IMG/VR virus record: IMGVR_UViG_3300033148_006706
Location: 32,001-96,000 of that record
From: a virus
Length of the DNA: 64,000 bases
Strand: one strand, 5' to 3'
Part shown: positions 1-10,301 of the stretch, piece by piece
How the letters are laid out: each line of letters opens with the position of its first letter
How positions within the stretch are numbered: the stretch's first letter is position 1
The notes under the pieces: model-generated
What the model saw: the letters and a program-made list of their open reading frames with translations, nothing else
Database searches by the model: none
Told to the model about the DNA's origin: nothing
Made by a program: the position numbers and the translations under genes

Positions 1-1163
1 TGACTAGTGAACAAAAAGAAGAGCTGATAAATTTCTTTAGTAGGCATCCTAACTATGAAAATAGAATTGATTGGAATAAGTGGAAAACTTTAACATACGA
101 AGATTTTAAAGACATTCTAGGAATTGAATCAAAGACTCAAAGAAAGAAATCTGTTAAGATAAGTGGAATAAAAGGATTAAAAGAGGGCAAGGATTATATT
201 CAACTGAAAGGGTTGCCTGACGATATGCAAGGATACATTCCTTTAAACTATGAGGCATCAAAATTTATTGCCTCTAAATATGTAGGAGGCATCAAAGGAA
301 AATGGTGCACAGCATATCGAAAAAGTAAGGAATATTGGGAAAAATATACAAGTAAGAGTATAATCTTAATTTATTTGATTGGTAATAATACAAAATATGC
401 AATATCCGTTTATCTAGATAATAGAACTTATGAAATTTATGATAGTAAGGATAACAAAATTTCTTATATTCCCGGTATTGATATTAAACGAGATATATTA
501 AATAAAAGAAATATTTTTATTTTTGAAAAAATAAGAAGAGAAGTTGAAGACTACAAGCATTGGATTTATAAAGTTAAAATATTAAAAGGCGCTAGATTTG
601 AAATTGATAAGACAAATCAAGTAATTTGGTATAAAGGAATTTGGATAGATGGAGTATGGGAAAGGGGAACTTGGGTTAATGGAGTTTGGCTTGATGGTTA
701 TTGGACAGATGGAACTTGGGAAGACGGAACTTGGAAAGAGGGGACTTGGGAAAAGGGAACCTGGAAAGACGGAACCTGGGAAAAAGGAATTTGGTATGGC
801 GGGATTTGGAAAGATGGGATCTGGGAATTTGGAACTTGGAAAGATGGAACTTGGAAAGGGGGGACTTGGGAAAAGGGTACTTGGGAAGACGGAACTTGGG
901 AAGATGGCTTCTGGGAAAACGGAACTTGGGAAGATGGGACTTGGCTGGAGGGGGTTTGGAAAGATGGAACTTGGGAAGACGGAACTTGGGAAGATGGAAC
1001 TTGGAAATATGGAGTCTGGGAAGGTGGAGTTTGGAAAGATGGAATTTGGGAAAGTGGAGTGTGGGAAGGTGGAAAGATATGGAACCTGAAAACAAAAAAA
1101 TATAAATATAGCGATAAGAACCCATACGAATGTGAATGGAGTTTGAGTTATTACAAAAGATAA
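1..1163 (+). CDS. GxWxx-repeat protein, N-terminal family A (5'-truncated by window edge)
   Basis: Frame is open from base 3 (..TSEQKEELINFFSRHPNYEN..), collinear with paralog 1197-2384, so the TTG at 213 is not the real start. KWCTAY motif, 29 GxWxx units, conserved C-cap. Confidence 0.9.
   Translation, partial: TSEQKEELINFFSRHPNYENRIDWNKWKTLTYEDFKDILGIESKTQRKKSVKISGIKGLKEGKDYIQLKGLPDDMQGYIPLNYEASKFIASKYVGGIKGKWCTAYRKSKEYWEKYTSKSIILIYLIGNNTKYAISVYLDNRTYEIYDSKDNKISYIPGIDIKRDILNKRNIFIFEKIRREVEDYKHWIYKVKILKGARFEIDKTNQVIWYKGIWIDGVWERGTWVNGVWLDGYWTDGTWEDGTWKEGTWEKGTWKDGTWEKGIWYGGIWKDGIWEFGTWKDGTWKGGTWEKGTWEDGTWEDGFWENGTWEDGTWLEGVWKDGTWEDGTWEDGTWKYGVWEGGVWKDGIWESGVWEGGKIWNLKTKKYKYSDKNPYECEWSLSYYKR
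636..1070 (+). repeat. 15-nt coding tandem repeat (consensus GGA ACT TGG AAA GAT), 29 units
   Basis: Unit count from first/last Gly codon; exact 15-nt phase. Confidence 0.95.
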
Positions 1164-1196
1164 TAATATTTATGGCGTAAAAAGGGAGAATAAAAG

Positions 1197-2384
1197 ATGA
1201 TTAGAATATTTAAAAATTTAAACTTACTTGAAAAAAAAGATCATATTATAAGAAAGATGCCCAATTTGACTAGTGAGCAGAAGGAAGAGCTAATAAACTT
1301 TTTCAACAAACATCCAAATTATGAAAACAGGATTGATTGGAACAAATGGAAAACTTTAACTTATGATGATTTTAAAAATGTTCTAGGGATTGAATCTAAA
1401 ACTCAGAGAAAAAAATCTGTCAAAACAAAAGGAATACGGGGATTAAAGGAAGGCGAGGATTATGTTCAATTAAAAGAACTTCCAAATAATGTAGAGGCAT
1501 ATATTCCTTTAAATTATGAGGCTTCAAAATTTATTGCCTCCAAATATGTAGGGGGTATCGAGGGAAAATGGTGTACTGCATATCAAAAAACCGATGAGTA
1601 TTGGAAGAAATATACAAATGAGAGTATAATCTTAATTTATTTAATTAGTAATGATACAAAATATGCAATAGCCGTTTATCCAAATAATAAAACTCATAAA
1701 ATTTATGATAGTGATGATAACAAAATTTCTTATATCCCTGATATTTATATTAACCGAGATATATTAAATAAAAGAAACATTTCTATTTTTGAAAAAATAA
1801 GAAGAGAAGTTGAAGATTATAAGCATTGGGTTCATAAAGCTGAAATATCGAAAGACGCCAAATTCGAAATTGATAAGACAAATCAAGTAATTTGGTACAA
1901 AGGGGTTTGGATAGATGGATTATGGGAAAGGGGAACCTGGAAAGATGGAACTTGGGAATATGGAATCTGGAAAGATGGTATCTGGGAAAAAGGAATCTGG
2001 AAAGATGGTATTTGGGAAGACGGAACTTGGAAATTTGGAACTTGGGTATACGGAATTTGGATAGATGGAACTTGGGAAAACGGAACTTGGAAGAAGGGAA
2101 CCTGGGAAGATGGAGTCTGGGAAACCGGAACTTGGGCGAAAGGAACTTGGGAAGATGGAATCTGGAAAGATGGGGTTTGGAAAGATGGAACCTGGGAGTC
2201 TGGAACTTGGGAATATGGAACCTGGAAAGATGGCATCTGGGAAGGTGGGGATTGGGACGATGGAAATTGGGAAAAGGGAGTATGGAAAGGTGGAAGGATA
2301 TGGAGTTCAAAAACAGAAAGATATGAATATAGTGTAAAAAATCCTTATGACTGTAAATGGAGTTTAAGCTATAAAAAACGTTAG
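1197..2384 (+). CDS. GxWxx-repeat protein, N-terminal family A
   Basis: SD GGGAG upstream; IPLNYEASKF..KWCTAY domain, 26 GxWxx units, cap KNPYDCKWSLSY. Confidence 0.92.
   Translation: MIRIFKNLNLLEKKDHIIRKMPNLTSEQKEELINFFNKHPNYENRIDWNKWKTLTYDDFKNVLGIESKTQRKKSVKTKGIRGLKEGEDYVQLKELPNNVEAYIPLNYEASKFIASKYVGGIEGKWCTAYQKTDEYWKKYTNESIILIYLISNDTKYAIAVYPNNKTHKIYDSDDNKISYIPDIYINRDILNKRNISIFEKIRREVEDYKHWVHKAEISKDAKFEIDKTNQVIWYKGVWIDGLWERGTWKDGTWEYGIWKDGIWEKGIWKDGIWEDGTWKFGTWVYGIWIDGTWENGTWKKGTWEDGVWETGTWAKGTWEDGIWKDGVWKDGTWESGTWEYGTWKDGIWEGGDWDDGNWEKGVWKGGRIWSSKTERYEYSVKNPYDCKWSLSYKKR
1902..2291 (+). repeat. 15-nt coding tandem repeat, 26 units
   Basis: GxWxx in exact phase. Confidence 0.95.
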
Positions 2385-2415
2385 ATTGTAAATAATTAAA
2401 GTTTTATTTGCTTAA

Positions 2416-2426
2416 TTACTAATATA
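2416..2426 (+). promoter_or_regulatory. Putative late promoter TTACTAATATA
   Basis: Same motif recurs in intergenic gaps before structural genes. Confidence 0.7.
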
Positions 2427-2435
2427 ATAGAACGA

Positions 2436-2888
2436 ATGGGAAATAGTATGGAAAATAAAAAGATAATAGAAGAATTCAACAGGCTTCTTAAAGTAAGACT
2501 CTATAAGCAAGGAGAAAATCAGTGGCGCCTTGTACCGGTGCAAAAACGTGATGGTACACAAATTAGAAGAGGAGAAATTATATTCAGAGGAGATGAAGAA
2601 AAGCTTAAATTACTTCTCCGTAGATTAAAAGCTAAAGATAATGAAACCGATCCGCCGTCGGTAAAGAATAGAACATATCAACAAATGATAGACGGAGCAA
2701 AGGATAAAAGCGATCCGTGGATTTGGATCGAACTAAAAGATTGGAATAAATATAGAAATAATAATAAGATAACTACTATGGAAAATTATAAAACTTTAAA
2801 TCTTGAAATTAATAAACCGGTAAAAATAGAACAGAAAGACGGGGCTCTTATTTTAGAGAGAGGGGATAAAATACGTATATTACAATAA
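2436..2888 (+). CDS. Hypothetical protein with C-terminal LERGDKIRIL tag (candidate head-packaged protein)
   Basis: ORF after late motif; alternative start 2448; shares ~28-aa motif with 3303, 3551 and 19882. Confidence 0.8.
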   Translation: MGNSMENKKIIEEFNRLLKVRLYKQGENQWRLVPVQKRDGTQIRRGEIIFRGDEEKLKLLLRRLKAKDNETDPPSVKNRTYQQMIDGAKDKSDPWIWIELKDWNKYRNNNKITTMENYKTLNLEINKPVKIEQKDGALILERGDKIRILQ

Positions 2889-2918
2889 AACAGAATACAT
2901 AGGTGGATAATATTAATA

Positions 2919-3281
2919 ATGAAAGCTATATTTAAAGTTTATGAACAAGAGACATTGGAGAATTATTTTAAAAAAGAACTAACATGGACTCTTTCAGAAA
3001 AGTTAGAATATAATATTGCTATACAGAATCAAACAAAAATCATAAATTTTAGCGATATTGATAATATAAAACTTATACTTTTTTCAAGTACAAATAATGA
3101 AATATTTAAAGTAAGAATTAGCACTTCTACAGATACTATAACATTTACAGTAGATGATATATTCTTATTTACCCCGACCGACTTAATGATAAATAGTATA
3201 ACAGAAATAGCATTGGTTGAGGAATTGGGCAATGAAGTAGAGGTAAAAACGATATTTTATGGAGAATTACAAGAAAGCTAA
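2919..3281 (+). CDS. Hypothetical protein (beta-rich, possibly virion)
   Basis: AGGTGG SD; fills gap in late operon. Confidence 0.75.
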   Translation: MKAIFKVYEQETLENYFKKELTWTLSEKLEYNIAIQNQTKIINFSDIDNIKLILFSSTNNEIFKVRISTSTDTITFTVDDIFLFTPTDLMINSITEIALVEELGNEVEVKTIFYGELQES

Positions 3282-3302
3282 ATTATAAAAAAGGATTATA
3301 AT

Positions 3303-3551
3303 ATGACAGATATTGAAATTTTTTTACAAAGAAACATGGACAGGATGGATAGGGACACGTTGATAGGGGTGATGGCCGATAAATTTAATTTGAGCTTGGA
3401 ACAAGCAGAAGAAATAATTATGGAAAGGGAAAAAATAAGAAAAAAAGAATCCCTTATAACAGTAACAAGATCTTTTTTAATAGAGACGAATAATATAGTT
3501 TTTGCTTTAGAAAAAGGGGATAAAATTAATATATTACATAGAGTTGAGTAA
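3303..3551 (+). CDS. Small hypothetical protein with C-terminal LEKGDKINIL tag
   Basis: AAGGA SD; stop overlaps next ATG (TAATG). Confidence 0.8.
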   Translation: MTDIEIFLQRNMDRMDRDTLIGVMADKFNLSLEQAEEIIMEREKIRKKESLITVTRSFLIETNNIVFALEKGDKINILHRVE

Positions 3552-4528
3552 TGCCATTACCAGAACCAAGAAAAGATGAAAGTAAACAAGATTTTATTAG
3601 TAGATGTGCAGGAGACAGCACAATGAATAGTGAGTTTCCTGATCAAAAACAAAGACTTGCGGTTTGTTATAGTCAATGGAAAAAACAAAAAAAAGAAGAA
3701 ATTATAAAACAAATAGAAAAGAAAAAAGAGAATGTAATTGAAATAACTAGACCGGTGAAAATAGAACAAAAAAATAAGATTATTTTCTTAGAAAAAGGGG
3801 ATAAGATTACACTATTAGAAGTGTCTCCTTTAAGAGAGTTTAATAATTTTTTTATAGAAGCAAGTATTTCAAGTGATGCAATAATCGAATGGGATCAAAG
3901 GAATGATACCCCAACCTGGAAGAGGGGAATTTGGGGAAGTGGAACATGGAAAGAAGGAGATTGGGAAAATGGAACTTGGAAAGATGGAACTTGGAAAGAT
4001 GGAACTTGGGAACTTGGAATTTGGGAGAGGGGGACTTGGGAAGATGGTATTTGGGAAAGCGGTATTTGGAAAAGTGGGACTTGGAAAGATGGTACTTGGA
4101 AAGGTGGAACTTGGATAAAAGGAACCTGGGAATTCGGAACTTGGATAGAAGGAACCTGGAGAAAGGGTACTTGGAAAAATGGAGTTTGGAAGTATGGAAC
4201 TTGGTATGGTGGGATTTGGGAAGATGGAATTTGGATGTATGGAGTTTGGAATGATGGAATCTGGAAAAATGGGACTTGGAAAGATGGAACCTGGGAAAAT
4301 GGAACTTGGTTATACGGAACATGGGAAAGCGGAACTTGGAAAGATGGAACTTGGGAAAATGGAACTTGGAAAGATGGAACTTGGATCGACGGGGTATGGA
4401 TAGACGGAATTTGGGAAGGTGGAGTATGGAAAGGTGGGAAAATATGGAATCCTAAAATAAGAAATTATGAATATAGCAACAAAAATCCATACGAATGTGA
4501 ATGGAGTTTAAGTTATATGAAGAGGTGA
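3551..4528 (+). CDS. GxWxx-repeat protein, N-terminal family B
   Basis: N-term MPLPEPRKDESKQDFISRC mini-domain, LEKGDKITLLE tag, 34 GxWxx units, shared C-cap. Confidence 0.92.
   Translation: MPLPEPRKDESKQDFISRCAGDSTMNSEFPDQKQRLAVCYSQWKKQKKEEIIKQIEKKKENVIEITRPVKIEQKNKIIFLEKGDKITLLEVSPLREFNNFFIEASISSDAIIEWDQRNDTPTWKRGIWGSGTWKEGDWENGTWKDGTWKDGTWELGIWERGTWEDGIWESGIWKSGTWKDGTWKGGTWIKGTWEFGTWIEGTWRKGTWKNGVWKYGTWYGGIWEDGIWMYGVWNDGIWKNGTWKDGTWENGTWLYGTWESGTWKDGTWENGTWKDGTWIDGVWIDGIWEGGVWKGGKIWNPKIRNYEYSNKNPYECEWSLSYMKR
3926..4435 (+). repeat. 15-nt coding tandem repeat, 34 units
   Basis: GxWxx in exact phase. Confidence 0.95.
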
Positions 4529-4536
4529 TTGTTATT

Positions 4537-5124
4537 ATGAATAAGAAAATAAAAAAAATTTCTCCATACGTACAAGAACTCGTAAAATTGACTGGCAAAA
4601 AGGTAAGTGAAATAGAAAAACTTTGGGATAAAGCAAAAAAAATTGCAAAAGATATGTACGGAATCGAAGAAAAAGATTTTAAAGAAACGCATTATAGATT
4701 TATGGTTGATACAGTAAAAAACATGCTGGGATTTAATGAAAATAAGTCTCTTGTTGTTGAATTTATAAATTCAGAAAAATCAGCTAAAGAATTTATTCAA
4801 GAAGCTATTACTACAACAAGTGATTTTCCCCAACTTTGGAAAAGCCATATTAAATCGGAAGAAGATGAAGATGATGAAATAAATGTTGGTGAAGAAATAG
4901 ATAAAATTGTTAAACAAACAGAAATCGAAGATAATTATAATGACGGGTCAAATAAAAAAATAGTGTATGATATAGAACAATTAAAGAAATTTCCTATTGA
5001 GGAAGTATATAAAATAGAGGAAGGTATCACGATGGAAATTAAGCTGCCCAATGGAAAGCGAAAATATATTAAAGCGGAGTCGATAGAAAAAGCAAAAGAA
5101 GAAGGATGGTGTATAGGGGATTAG
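4537..5124 (+). CDS. Hypothetical modular protein (acidic, possibly head-associated)
   Basis: GAGGTG SD at ~4522 favours ATG 4537 over 4501. Confidence 0.75.
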   Translation: MNKKIKKISPYVQELVKLTGKKVSEIEKLWDKAKKIAKDMYGIEEKDFKETHYRFMVDTVKNMLGFNENKSLVVEFINSEKSAKEFIQEAITTTSDFPQLWKSHIKSEEDEDDEINVGEEIDKIVKQTEIEDNYNDGSNKKIVYDIEQLKKFPIEEVYKIEEGITMEIKLPNGKRKYIKAESIEKAKEEGWCIGD

Positions 5125-5137
5125 TTTAAAAAAATGT

Positions 5138-5154
5138 AAAAAAAGTATATATTA
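5138..5154 (+). promoter_or_regulatory. Putative early/middle promoter element AAAAAAAGTATATATTA
   Basis: Exact 17-nt copy on - strand at 58293-58309 upstream of dTMP kinase. Confidence 0.45.
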
Positions 5155-5159
5155 ATAAT

Positions 5160-5720
5160 ATGAAAAACACACTTGAAAAATATGTAGAATTTGTACAAGA
5201 GCAAATTCAAAAGTATCACAGATACTCCCAACTTATAAATTATGATGCCGGGGAAATAAATCCTGAAGCAATTAATACAGCACTTGCTCAATATAATGAC
5301 ATATTACTTATGCTTATCTCAGAATACAATAGATTAAAAGCGGATGCGCATGATGTTGAGGTTGAATATCAAATATGGTGGGATGATAAATTTACTTCTA
5401 TGCGTAGGCAATTAAACCCACCGGATATTGTTGCCTCTAAATGGCTTTCTAAGAGTGAAATAGAATCAGAAACTCGAGCTCAGTATTCTAAAGAATATAG
5501 AGAATGGCAAGATAAATTATTTCAAGCACAACAGAAGAAAGCTTTTTTAGGACAATTATTGGACTCATGGAAAAAAATGGATTCAATTCTTATCACAATT
5601 AGTACAAATCTAAGAGCAGAAATGCGTTCTCTATCACTTGATAATAGACTGATGTATAAAAAAGAAGAATTAGCGAGCTCTTCCACTCCAATAAGACGGG
5701 AAAAAATCATTAAAAAATAA
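5160..5720 (+). CDS. UvsY-like recombination mediator (tentative)
   Basis: All-helical; WW..K..LSKSEIE..FL..LLDSWKKM pattern reminiscent of UvsY. Confidence 0.45.
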   Translation: MKNTLEKYVEFVQEQIQKYHRYSQLINYDAGEINPEAINTALAQYNDILLMLISEYNRLKADAHDVEVEYQIWWDDKFTSMRRQLNPPDIVASKWLSKSEIESETRAQYSKEYREWQDKLFQAQQKKAFLGQLLDSWKKMDSILITISTNLRAEMRSLSLDNRLMYKKEELASSSTPIRREKIIKK

Positions 5721-5731
5721 TTGTAAACCTA

Positions 5732-5742
5732 TTACTAATATA
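5732..5742 (+). promoter_or_regulatory. Putative late promoter TTACTAATATA
   Basis: Exact motif, intergenic. Confidence 0.7.
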
Positions 5743-5770
5743 CTATAGACATTAGAAATAGGTTAGCTTA

Positions 5771-6289
5771 GTGGGGTATCAAGATAAAATTTCCTCTACA
5801 TTTGCGCAATGGACTCGCAATATAAACGATTATAAAATCCAGCAAAGTGGATTTGAAGGTCAAGTTATTCGTCTTAAGACAACAGCAAACATGTACGGGG
5901 ACGAAACAGAGTGGGAAATAGTTTCTCATGACATTGTAACTGTTTCACTTTCTATTCCAGGTGAGATTCCTTTAACAAGATTGCGAAAGGACGTAACTGA
6001 AGAAGTTCCAGAAATTAAAAATGTTTTTCTTTACGATATATTGCCTATTACAGGCAGTTCACGTTTTGAAGATAATATAGAGAAAGATGATTTACTTATA
6101 CATAAAATATATACTGAAAGGGAAAAAGATTCATACTATCTTGTACTTAAAGTATCTGAAATTCAAGGGAATATATCAATTAAGCAACTTATTAGAAAAT
6201 CTTTTTCTTGTGCTCCATATAATGGATCCCTTCCACAAAAGGTACAAGATATTATCGATAGTTATATAGAAGATGAGGATAAAATATAA
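5771..6289 (+). CDS. Putative head-closure/neck protein
   Basis: GTG start after late motif; 172 aa beta-rich with 'NMYGD' motif like head-completion proteins; function tentative. Confidence 0.45.
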   Translation: MGYQDKISSTFAQWTRNINDYKIQQSGFEGQVIRLKTTANMYGDETEWEIVSHDIVTVSLSIPGEIPLTRLRKDVTEEVPEIKNVFLYDILPITGSSRFEDNIEKDDLLIHKIYTEREKDSYYLVLKVSEIQGNISIKQLIRKSFSCAPYNGSLPQKVQDIIDSYIEDEDKI

Positions 6290-7704
6290 TGACTACAGGG
6301 GAAAAATTAAAAAAAAATTTAGGTCTTGAAAAATTAAAATATGTTAAAATAAGTAGGGCAGTTTTGTCTTCGTATAGAATTTTATTTGTTTGGTACGATA
6401 GTTACAGGCCTACAATGCCTATAACCAATCACAGAATAAAAAAGTTTCCGTGGATAGCTCATATTTTTCATGGAACCGACTTATACCACAATACAAATAA
6501 AATAACAGTTTTTACTCCAGCTATTAATATAGAGGATTATAATGGTGCTATTAGAGGGTCACTAATTATTCCTGTTAATCTAGCGGGGGATAGATTTATT
6601 AATAAGAAACAATTTACAAAAATTTTTGAAAGTAAATTGAATGAGAAGTTTGTTGATTATATCAAAAGCGTATTCAATAATAAAGAGTATACAATTTATG
6701 TAAACCCCACTGCTAAAGAAGTAAAAGAAATACATAAAGAAGACCCTGATAATCCGGGAATGCGGGGCATATTCCTTTCAAATATTAATAAAGTATTCGT
6801 TGCTAATTCAAATTTGTTACATAAAAGTATAAAAAACTATTTAGAAAAGCTTTATTCTCCTCTTAATCTTAATGAATATGGATTATATTTCACAACTGAT
6901 AGCAGAATAGAAACAATAATAATAGAATGTATAAGCGATGACGCATTTAAAGAATTTGTATCTAGTGATTTTTATAATAAATTTCTTTTAAATTATGAAA
7001 TCGAGTTAAAAGAAGTGCTACTTGAGAAACAATCTATATTACTTGGAGAGAGGGCTTTAAAAGAATTTGTAACACTTAATGATTTAAAAAGTGTTGATAC
7101 TATTAGTAATTTTACACAAGTATGGAGAAAAGATAGGAATCGAGTTATGGGCGCAGAGAATATAACTGCTAAACTTATTGATTGTGTTATAGATGAAGCT
7201 GATAGAAGTGTTACATTTCAATTTCTTACTGAAGCGACAGAATTGGGGAATAAAGAACCAAACGATAATATAAATAGCCCATACAGATTTTATCCGGGGC
7301 CTAAAGGGGAAGTTGATCCCGAGACTTTTAAAATAAAGCGTAATAGAAGCAGAACGTATGAAATACAAATTAAAATACTTGAATTTTTTGATTGGCTAGA
7401 TGCATTTGAAGGTGAAAAAATAGGACGAAAAGAAATAAATGAAATTTTAGAAGTAAGTAATGTACAAATATTTAGTACAAGCCCATCTTTTCATTGGCAA
7501 GGGATGAATTATAATCTTTCTCAAATAGATGCAAGTATATATCCAACTGACATTCCAAATTCAGTATGGGGGCCACGACATGGCGATCCTAGTGGATATT
7601 TTCTTGACAAACACACTTATGGATTACTAAGACAAATTTCATTTTTTGCACAACAAATGGGAAGTATGTTAACTGGTAAACTTCAAAGAAGAGGGCTAAT
7701 ATAA
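6289..7704 (+). CDS. Multidomain hypothetical protein (domains separated by KLNE/ALKE linkers)
   Basis: 471-aa ORF translationally coupled to upstream gene. Confidence 0.8.
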   Translation: MTTGEKLKKNLGLEKLKYVKISRAVLSSYRILFVWYDSYRPTMPITNHRIKKFPWIAHIFHGTDLYHNTNKITVFTPAINIEDYNGAIRGSLIIPVNLAGDRFINKKQFTKIFESKLNEKFVDYIKSVFNNKEYTIYVNPTAKEVKEIHKEDPDNPGMRGIFLSNINKVFVANSNLLHKSIKNYLEKLYSPLNLNEYGLYFTTDSRIETIIIECISDDAFKEFVSSDFYNKFLLNYEIELKEVLLEKQSILLGERALKEFVTLNDLKSVDTISNFTQVWRKDRNRVMGAENITAKLIDCVIDEADRSVTFQFLTEATELGNKEPNDNINSPYRFYPGPKGEVDPETFKIKRNRSRTYEIQIKILEFFDWLDAFEGEKIGRKEINEILEVSNVQIFSTSPSFHWQGMNYNLSQIDASIYPTDIPNSVWGPRHGDPSGYFLDKHTYGLLRQISFFAQQMGSMLTGKLQRRGLI

Positions 7705-7779
7705 TATTTTAAGATTTTTTTACTAAAATATCATAGGAATATAATATTTAAAATTGTTATAATAGAGAGGATAAGAATA

Positions 7780-8355
7780 ATGATCAATATTATAAGAGAA
7801 ATTAGATTTAGCAAATACTTTCCTTTTGTGGTTAATAAAGATTCGTTGAAACATTTTCAAGCAAATTTTAAACTAGATCCGTCTATTGTACAGATACAAA
7901 ATGACGAAGGCGAATGGGTGAGCTTAGATACTATAATAGATAAAGAAAAAGGGCTGAAATATACTGTAGATATTAAAAAGGTGTCTGGAGGCAAACGAGT
8001 ACCGGTTAATCGAGGTAATATTATAGACGAGATAAAAGTTTTTGTACATGTAGTTACTTTTTCAAATGATTTTACAACTATGAGGAATTTAAAAGGCAAT
8101 TTTGGCATTATGGTTTTTTCAACTGTTGCCAGAATTTTAATAGAGTTTCAAAAGAGGTATTCAACGCAATTTCAATGTTTTACATTTACTCCAGCACATC
8201 CTAAATTAGAAGGTGTTTATGAAATATTAGCTAGAGAATCCGAAAAACAAGGAGACCTGGTATATATAAATAGTAATATTGGAAGATCATCAAAAAAATG
8301 GTATTTATTAAATAAGAAACTTTGGAAAAAATATACACAAATTAAAGGAGTTTAA
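7780..8355 (+). CDS. Hypothetical protein (MINIIRE leader)
   Basis: GAGAGG SD; late-motif variant TTACTAAAATA at 7720-7730. Confidence 0.8.
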   Translation: MINIIREIRFSKYFPFVVNKDSLKHFQANFKLDPSIVQIQNDEGEWVSLDTIIDKEKGLKYTVDIKKVSGGKRVPVNRGNIIDEIKVFVHVVTFSNDFTTMRNLKGNFGIMVFSTVARILIEFQKRYSTQFQCFTFTPAHPKLEGVYEILARESEKQGDLVYINSNIGRSSKKWYLLNKKLWKKYTQIKGV

Positions 8356-8357
8356 TT

Positions 8358-9911
8358 ATGAGATTTATAACACGAGAGATAAGATCTCTAGCGAAGATTC
8401 ATCCTAGAAGGATTGATGAAGCTTTTCAAGTTCATTCGTTAAAAAAAGCAGCTAAGAATATATTCAGTTATCTAGGTAAAAAGGTAGGTTGGCGAGAACT
8501 TGTTGGTATATCTGAAGATATAATGGTTCCAACATATTATTCGTTAACAGGTATAGGTAATTTTGTAGGATTTGAAGCATATCTTACTTCTGGTGGAAAA
8601 ATAAGATTGGATTTTTCTATTAAAGATGGATCAGGAAAAGTATATTCAGTATCGTGGTTTGAAAAACCTGCTAGAAAAGCAACTAAATATATTAAAATTC
8701 CCCCGCAATTTAACATAGTTGAAGTGTTAGATCATGTAATTGTCGCATTAACTGGTGAATATAGTCAATTGTTTTCAGAATCTATTTCTTTCAGAGAAAG
8801 AGTTAGAAAATTTGATTTTGTAAGAGAGTGGTTGACGAACACTCCAGATAAAGGACGAATCTATAGTGAAATTAAGAGAAGAGGAACCGATTGGGACGGT
8901 TTATTAGTTCAATATTATGAATATCACGAGTCTAAAGGGCAACCGCGTTCTAAAGTGAGCTTAAATAAAGTAACTTTTCAAGTTTATTGTAGTAAAATTT
9001 TCAAGGAGGAGGGGCAAGAAAATTTAAGTAATAGTATACCTCATGTAAATGTTTCGGCTGGGGTAGAAGAACAAGCGGTTAGTAGCGATGTTGAGTCAGA
9101 AAACCTATTCCAAAATGAGCTTTTAGAAAATGAGCATATTGAAAAATTTGAGTATTTAAAATTTCAATTATATAATATTAAAAACGGGGATCCGAATACG
9201 TTATCTTTATATATTTATGGGAGAGGTGGAATTGGAAAAAGCTACTGGGCAAAAAAGATATTAGGCGATTTACCCAATACTTATTATACTAAAGGCAAGA
9301 TAAAAGGATATCAAGGCCTTCTTCAATTGCTCTACGATCATAAAGATAATGAAATATTGATATTAGATGATATAATTAGCAAAGAGGATATGAAAAATAC
9401 CACAATTGAAAACATTTTAAAAGCTGTACTAGATCCAGAACCTCCTAGACGAGTAAAAGTTGAAAGAAGGATACCTAGTTCAGAAATAAGTTCTGCAGAA
9501 GCTCCGATATCAGGTGAAGAGGACATAGTTGATTTTACATCTGAACAAGGAATAATTGTTGAAGATAATTTATATAATTTTGAATTTAATTCAAGAGTAG
9601 TTTTTATTACAAATTATCCTGAAAAACCGCAAGCCTTTGGTGACCGTGTTTTAAGTATATCTATGTTATTTTCTGATACGCAAGTGGCCGATATTATAAA
9701 AAACGTTTTGGATAAAATTGAACCCGTAGATGTAGGAATAGAGAATAAACAATTTATTCTAAATTGGTTGCAAGAAAGATATAGAGGAAGACGTAAATTA
9801 CAACAATTGAGTTTTCGTGTTTTTCAAAAGGTGTTGAGCATATATATGGGTGCTAAACATCTGGGTGGGAATAAATGGCAGAAATGGGCTTTTTATGAAT
9901 TAGCTTCATAA
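8358..9911 (+). CDS. Protein with C-terminal AAA+/P-loop ATPase domain
   Basis: Walker A GRGGIGKS, Walker B ILILDD, sensor-1 VVFITN; AAGGAG SD. Confidence 0.85.
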   Translation: MRFITREIRSLAKIHPRRIDEAFQVHSLKKAAKNIFSYLGKKVGWRELVGISEDIMVPTYYSLTGIGNFVGFEAYLTSGGKIRLDFSIKDGSGKVYSVSWFEKPARKATKYIKIPPQFNIVEVLDHVIVALTGEYSQLFSESISFRERVRKFDFVREWLTNTPDKGRIYSEIKRRGTDWDGLLVQYYEYHESKGQPRSKVSLNKVTFQVYCSKIFKEEGQENLSNSIPHVNVSAGVEEQAVSSDVESENLFQNELLENEHIEKFEYLKFQLYNIKNGDPNTLSLYIYGRGGIGKSYWAKKILGDLPNTYYTKGKIKGYQGLLQLLYDHKDNEILILDDIISKEDMKNTTIENILKAVLDPEPPRRVKVERRIPSSEISSAEAPISGEEDIVDFTSEQGIIVEDNLYNFEFNSRVVFITNYPEKPQAFGDRVLSISMLFSDTQVADIIKNVLDKIEPVDVGIENKQFILNWLQERYRGRRKLQQLSFRVFQKVLSIYMGAKHLGGNKWQKWAFYELAS

Positions 9912-9928
9912 AATCAAAGAGAAAAAAA

Positions 9929-10282
9929 GTGAAAAGAAAATTAGAAATTTATATGTATAGTAACAACTGGGTTTTTGATGAACCAGGGGTTTGTGAAAAA
10001 GAACCGTTTGTTATGGGCAGTTCAGAAATTATAACAAATGTAGCAAAGAAAAAAGGTATTAAAAATTTACGAGAGAAAGTTTTGTTACTTATATTTAGCG
10101 ATTCTCCTTTTCAAGGGGCAGATTGTAAATTATTTTGGGATGGTGAATCTTTAAATGGTAATTGGTATGTCAACTCTGAAACAAATGAAAAAGGATGGCT
10201 ATGTCCGGTGTTATTATATTATTTTAATAAAGCACCAGAGAATATTTATTTTTCTGTAGAAGAAAAAATAAATTGTTATTAG
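9929..10282 (+). CDS. DUF6717-like protein
   Basis: EPFVxG..FSDSPF..GNWY..GWLCPVLLYYF..APENIY motif pattern. Confidence 0.65.
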   Translation: MKRKLEIYMYSNNWVFDEPGVCEKEPFVMGSSEIITNVAKKKGIKNLREKVLLLIFSDSPFQGADCKLFWDGESLNGNWYVNSETNEKGWLCPVLLYYFNKAPENIYFSVEEKINCY

Positions 10283-10301
10283 CAAACAAGGGGATTGATT
10301 G

